A DNA stretch of 64,000 nt from Cenococcum geophilum (lineage: Eukaryota), in NCBI GenBank assembly GCA_050273025.1, contig CP158636.1, positions 10,540,001-10,604,000 on the forward strand, given 5' to 3'. Positions 61,160 to 64,000 of this stretch are shown here, one piece after another. Each line of letters opens with the position of its first letter. The stretch's first letter is position 1. The notes below the pieces were generated by a model. It saw only the letters and a program-made list of their open reading frames with translations, was not told the DNA's origin and searched no databases. The position numbers and the translations under genes are program-made.

Positions 61160-63109
61160 ATGCCGGACTCAACGTTGCTCAGCTCAAGTGGAAAAAGCAA
61201 CATATCGACGGATACTGATCAACAATCAAGAATAACCATTTCAACACCTATTACACCTACCACACCACCGACTAATGAATCTTCCTATCCTCTAGCGCGC
61301 AATTCCACTCCCGAATCTCCTTGTCCAACCAGAGGCAGAGCCAAATCTCCTCTAGAGACGCTAGCAACTCGGGCGCCTCGACCCAACTGCGAAGGGACCG
61401 AAATCCAAGTCAAGCTCGAGTCAAGCGACAATGAGCCAGGATGGCCGTTCAGAGATCCCCCGAAAGTAATCCCACAATACTCGCAGTACATACCCCTCCA
61501 AACTGCTTACACTGGAGGGGATAAATTAGCACCGCTAAGACGGTCTGGAAGGCTATTAAATCGGACAGATTATGGCTCCACCCAAGCACGGACGACGACC
61601 CAAGGCTCTCACTTTAAGACTGACGATAACGACGCAGCACCAGCGGCGGCTGAAGAATCGGAGCAACAACCTCGGAAACTTGTCAAAGAAAGAAATAATA
61701 TAAAACTACCTCTATCAAATTTAAGCTCCTCGAGGAGCGGCCCGGAACATAAAGCAGACAAAGTTGAGGTGGTAGCCAAAGGAAATGTTTCCTTGACCGC
61801 TCAAACCAGCAATTTTATTACAGGTGGTAAGAGTGTTAGTGTCCGAAAATCAAGTACATCATCCGACATATTAGCCAAGGCAACTGTATCAAATATGACA
61901 CTTGCACAAATTCTTCCGTTCAACACTCGGGAAAGGGTGATCGTATCGCCAGGCCTATGCGCAGCCTCCCTTGTGAAGAATATAGACCAACAATGTCCGA
62001 ACCGAGCGAAAGGACCCGTTAGAGAAGTTACCAAGCTCTTAGAACGCCTATCGGAGCCTAACCTTAATACCAACAATACAGAAATCTCGAGTCAATTGAC
62101 TCAATTGATTAAATCAGCCCTTTGTGGCATTCATATAAATTCAGCCATGGATAGGCTTCAGCAAGTCGAGGAATTGTTTCACCAGCTGTCCAAGTGCGAG
62201 AAGGGTAATTCATCAAGCAAGAACCCCTTTATTGTGGACCTAACCAGCATCGCCTTTTGGATTAATGCCCTGACAACCGCGAGGCCATCCACGGACAGCT
62301 TACCGGGAGAAACAAGCCGACAAGAAACAATTTCCACAACACAAACTCCATCGAGTGCGAAGAATCAAACAGAAACCCCCGAGAGCTCTTCACCCACACC
62401 CGCACCAGCCACATTCCGCAAGACTCGGAGCAGCCGCGTAAACACAGGTCAACCCCAGAGAGCCCAGCAAGTCGACTGCACCCAGAACTTCGTACCATAC
62501 CGTCCGAAATCCACCGCACACCTCTCCACTTCGGAGTTGCTCCGCAGCATCCTTACTAAACCCCTCACCGCGCGTGACAGCCACATGGGCAACATCTATG
62601 CATACTGTCTCCCGCCCAACTTCGGATGCATCAAGATCGGTTTCGCGAGCGGCGAACCACGGGCCCGAATCGAGCAATGGGAGCGCCAGTGCAAGCACAA
62701 AGCCGAAAGTCTGATACCAGAAGACCAGCAGCACGAGTTCGAAGTGCAGAACGCCTATCGGGTTGAGGCGCTCGTGCACGCAGAGCTCCGGGACGTGAGG
62801 CAGAAGGAAGTGAACTGCAAAGTGTGTGGGAGGACGCATAGAGAGTGGTTTGCTACTGATAGGGAGCACGTCCTGAGAGTCATTAAGAAGTTTGTCGACG
62901 CGATGAAGAGGGATCTGTATGAGCCGGTTTATATAGCGGGTGAATACGTGGGGGAACTAAAGGAAAGTATCAGTAGCGCCGAGATCGACGAGCTTTGCAC
63001 ACCGTTGGAGTTGACGCCGTCATCTAGGAATGATATTAACGTAAATGGACAGAGACAAGTGAGTTCTGCCAGGAGTAGGAATGCTAGAGTAAGCAGGGGG
63101 CATAAATGA
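61160..63109 (+). CDS. T5orf172/MUG113 (GIY-YIG-like) domain protein, 649 aa
   Basis: Long single ORF. C-terminal GNIYAY...IKIGFA...RIEQWERQC...RVEALVHAEL...CKVCGRTHREWF. Low-complexity S/T/P-rich N-terminus. Confidence 0.9.
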   Translation: MPDSTLLSSSGKSNISTDTDQQSRITISTPITPTTPPTNESSYPLARNSTPESPCPTRGRAKSPLETLATRAPRPNCEGTEIQVKLESSDNEPGWPFRDPPKVIPQYSQYIPLQTAYTGGDKLAPLRRSGRLLNRTDYGSTQARTTTQGSHFKTDDNDAAPAAAEESEQQPRKLVKERNNIKLPLSNLSSSRSGPEHKADKVEVVAKGNVSLTAQTSNFITGGKSVSVRKSSTSSDILAKATVSNMTLAQILPFNTRERVIVSPGLCAASLVKNIDQQCPNRAKGPVREVTKLLERLSEPNLNTNNTEISSQLTQLIKSALCGIHINSAMDRLQQVEELFHQLSKCEKGNSSSKNPFIVDLTSIAFWINALTTARPSTDSLPGETSRQETISTTQTPSSAKNQTETPESSSPTPAPATFRKTRSSRVNTGQPQRAQQVDCTQNFVPYRPKSTAHLSTSELLRSILTKPLTARDSHMGNIYAYCLPPNFGCIKIGFASGEPRARIEQWERQCKHKAESLIPEDQQHEFEVQNAYRVEALVHAELRDVRQKEVNCKVCGRTHREWFATDREHVLRVIKKFVDAMKRDLYEPVYIAGEYVGELKESISSAEIDELCTPLELTPSSRNDINVNGQRQVSSARSRNARVSRGHK

Positions 63110-63642
63110 GGCGTTCTTCGACCGTAGACTGGGGCTTGATTGCTAGAATGGGTGCTAAAGCGGAGAGGCGTTTTGTGTGGGCGTTTTGTCTCTTTCAACG
63201 ATAGACGACATCGGAGTTAGTTTTTCTGGATGCGTTTAACGACGCGTTTAAAGATATGTTTAAGATACGATGCTTTTAAGACACGCTTAAAAATCTAGAA
63301 ATATCAGTACGTTCGTAGATCGGAAGCAACCTCCGCATCATTTTGGAGTAAATGGTGTATTAGCACAGAAAAAGCCAGGTCCGATTTTCCCGCAAAGATA
63401 GGTAAGATACTCTGTATCGAGATACCAGGATGCCATCTAATTTCTCGGCATCTCTACCTATCCAACCGCCCGACAACATCTACGGCTAAGAAGGCCAACG
63501 CTCAGTACACGTAAAGTGGAGTCATTATGTTAGCGGAGCCTAGACATCAGGCATCGAAACTTGGTTCAAATAACTGATATTGCTTTCCTACCTATAGCCC
63601 ATTTCATTCAGATAAATCCATCATATATATCATAGCAATCCC

Positions 63643-64000
63643 CTACGACAACCGTGCAACAACATTGTGCACCTCGGCCAGCTCCACCTCCAGGACAGGG
63701 AGGTTGTCTTCCAGTATCTCGGCCACTTTAACAGCTCCTTCGCTACCGTCGTCGTCTTCACCCTCGACTTCGCTATCCTCTTCCTTTCGCCTCGTCGAAT
63801 GATTCTGTCCCACACCCTCTTGCCCTTCATACACAATATCCACATCCAGCTTCACAAGTGTCAGCGCATCCTCCATAATCCGCTCAACGTCCCTCTCCAT
63901 CTTCGATACCAAGTTGTGCAGATCCATCTGAATGAGCACTGCCATGGGTGGGAAGAGATTGCCGTTGCCAATCCGGCCCTGGATCGTGTTGATCTGGCGG
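63643..64000 (-). CDS. 3' end of a gene running off the window (helical/acidic C-terminus; product uncertain)
   Basis: The frame of ORF 63643-63945 stays open to the window edge (RQINTIQGRIGNGNLFPPMAVL...), with GC-rich coding-like composition. Confidence 0.6.
   Translation of the reverse strand, partial: RQINTIQGRIGNGNLFPPMAVLIQMDLHNLVSKMERDVERIMEDALTLVKLDVDIVYEGQEGVGQNHSTRRKEEDSEVEGEDDDGSEGAVKVAEILEDNLPVLEVELAEVHNVVARLS

Overview
Fungal (filamentous ascomycete-like) genomic DNA. About 1-36.4 kb and 39.5-56.3 kb form an AT-rich block of nested transposons heavily mutated by RIP (TpA excess, CpA/TpG loss, TAA/TAG stops throughout recognisable pol frames). I could resolve four Gypsy/chromovirus families (A twice, B, C twice, D), one full-length Copia, three Fot1/pogo DNA transposons and a DIRS/Ngaro relic split into three pieces. 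There are also four non-autonomous LTR elements (446 bp, 1.25 kb, 2.17 kb, 2.66 kb), a solo LTR and three non-LTR insertions with long TSDs. Highlights: an HDV-like ribozyme fold starting at the first base of a 2.85-kb RT-less LINE derivative (18742); a second LINE with ORF1 only; Tf1-type self-priming sites in several LTR elements; and a palindromic 3'-UTR module shared in opposite orientation by two Gypsy families. An intact Ubl/RING gene (36487-39359) sits as an island inside the repeats. The right end is gene-bearing: a BED-finger/TenA-like fusion gene, a T5orf172/MUG113-domain gene and the 3' end of a third gene. All calls were made by eye; no database search or folding program was run.
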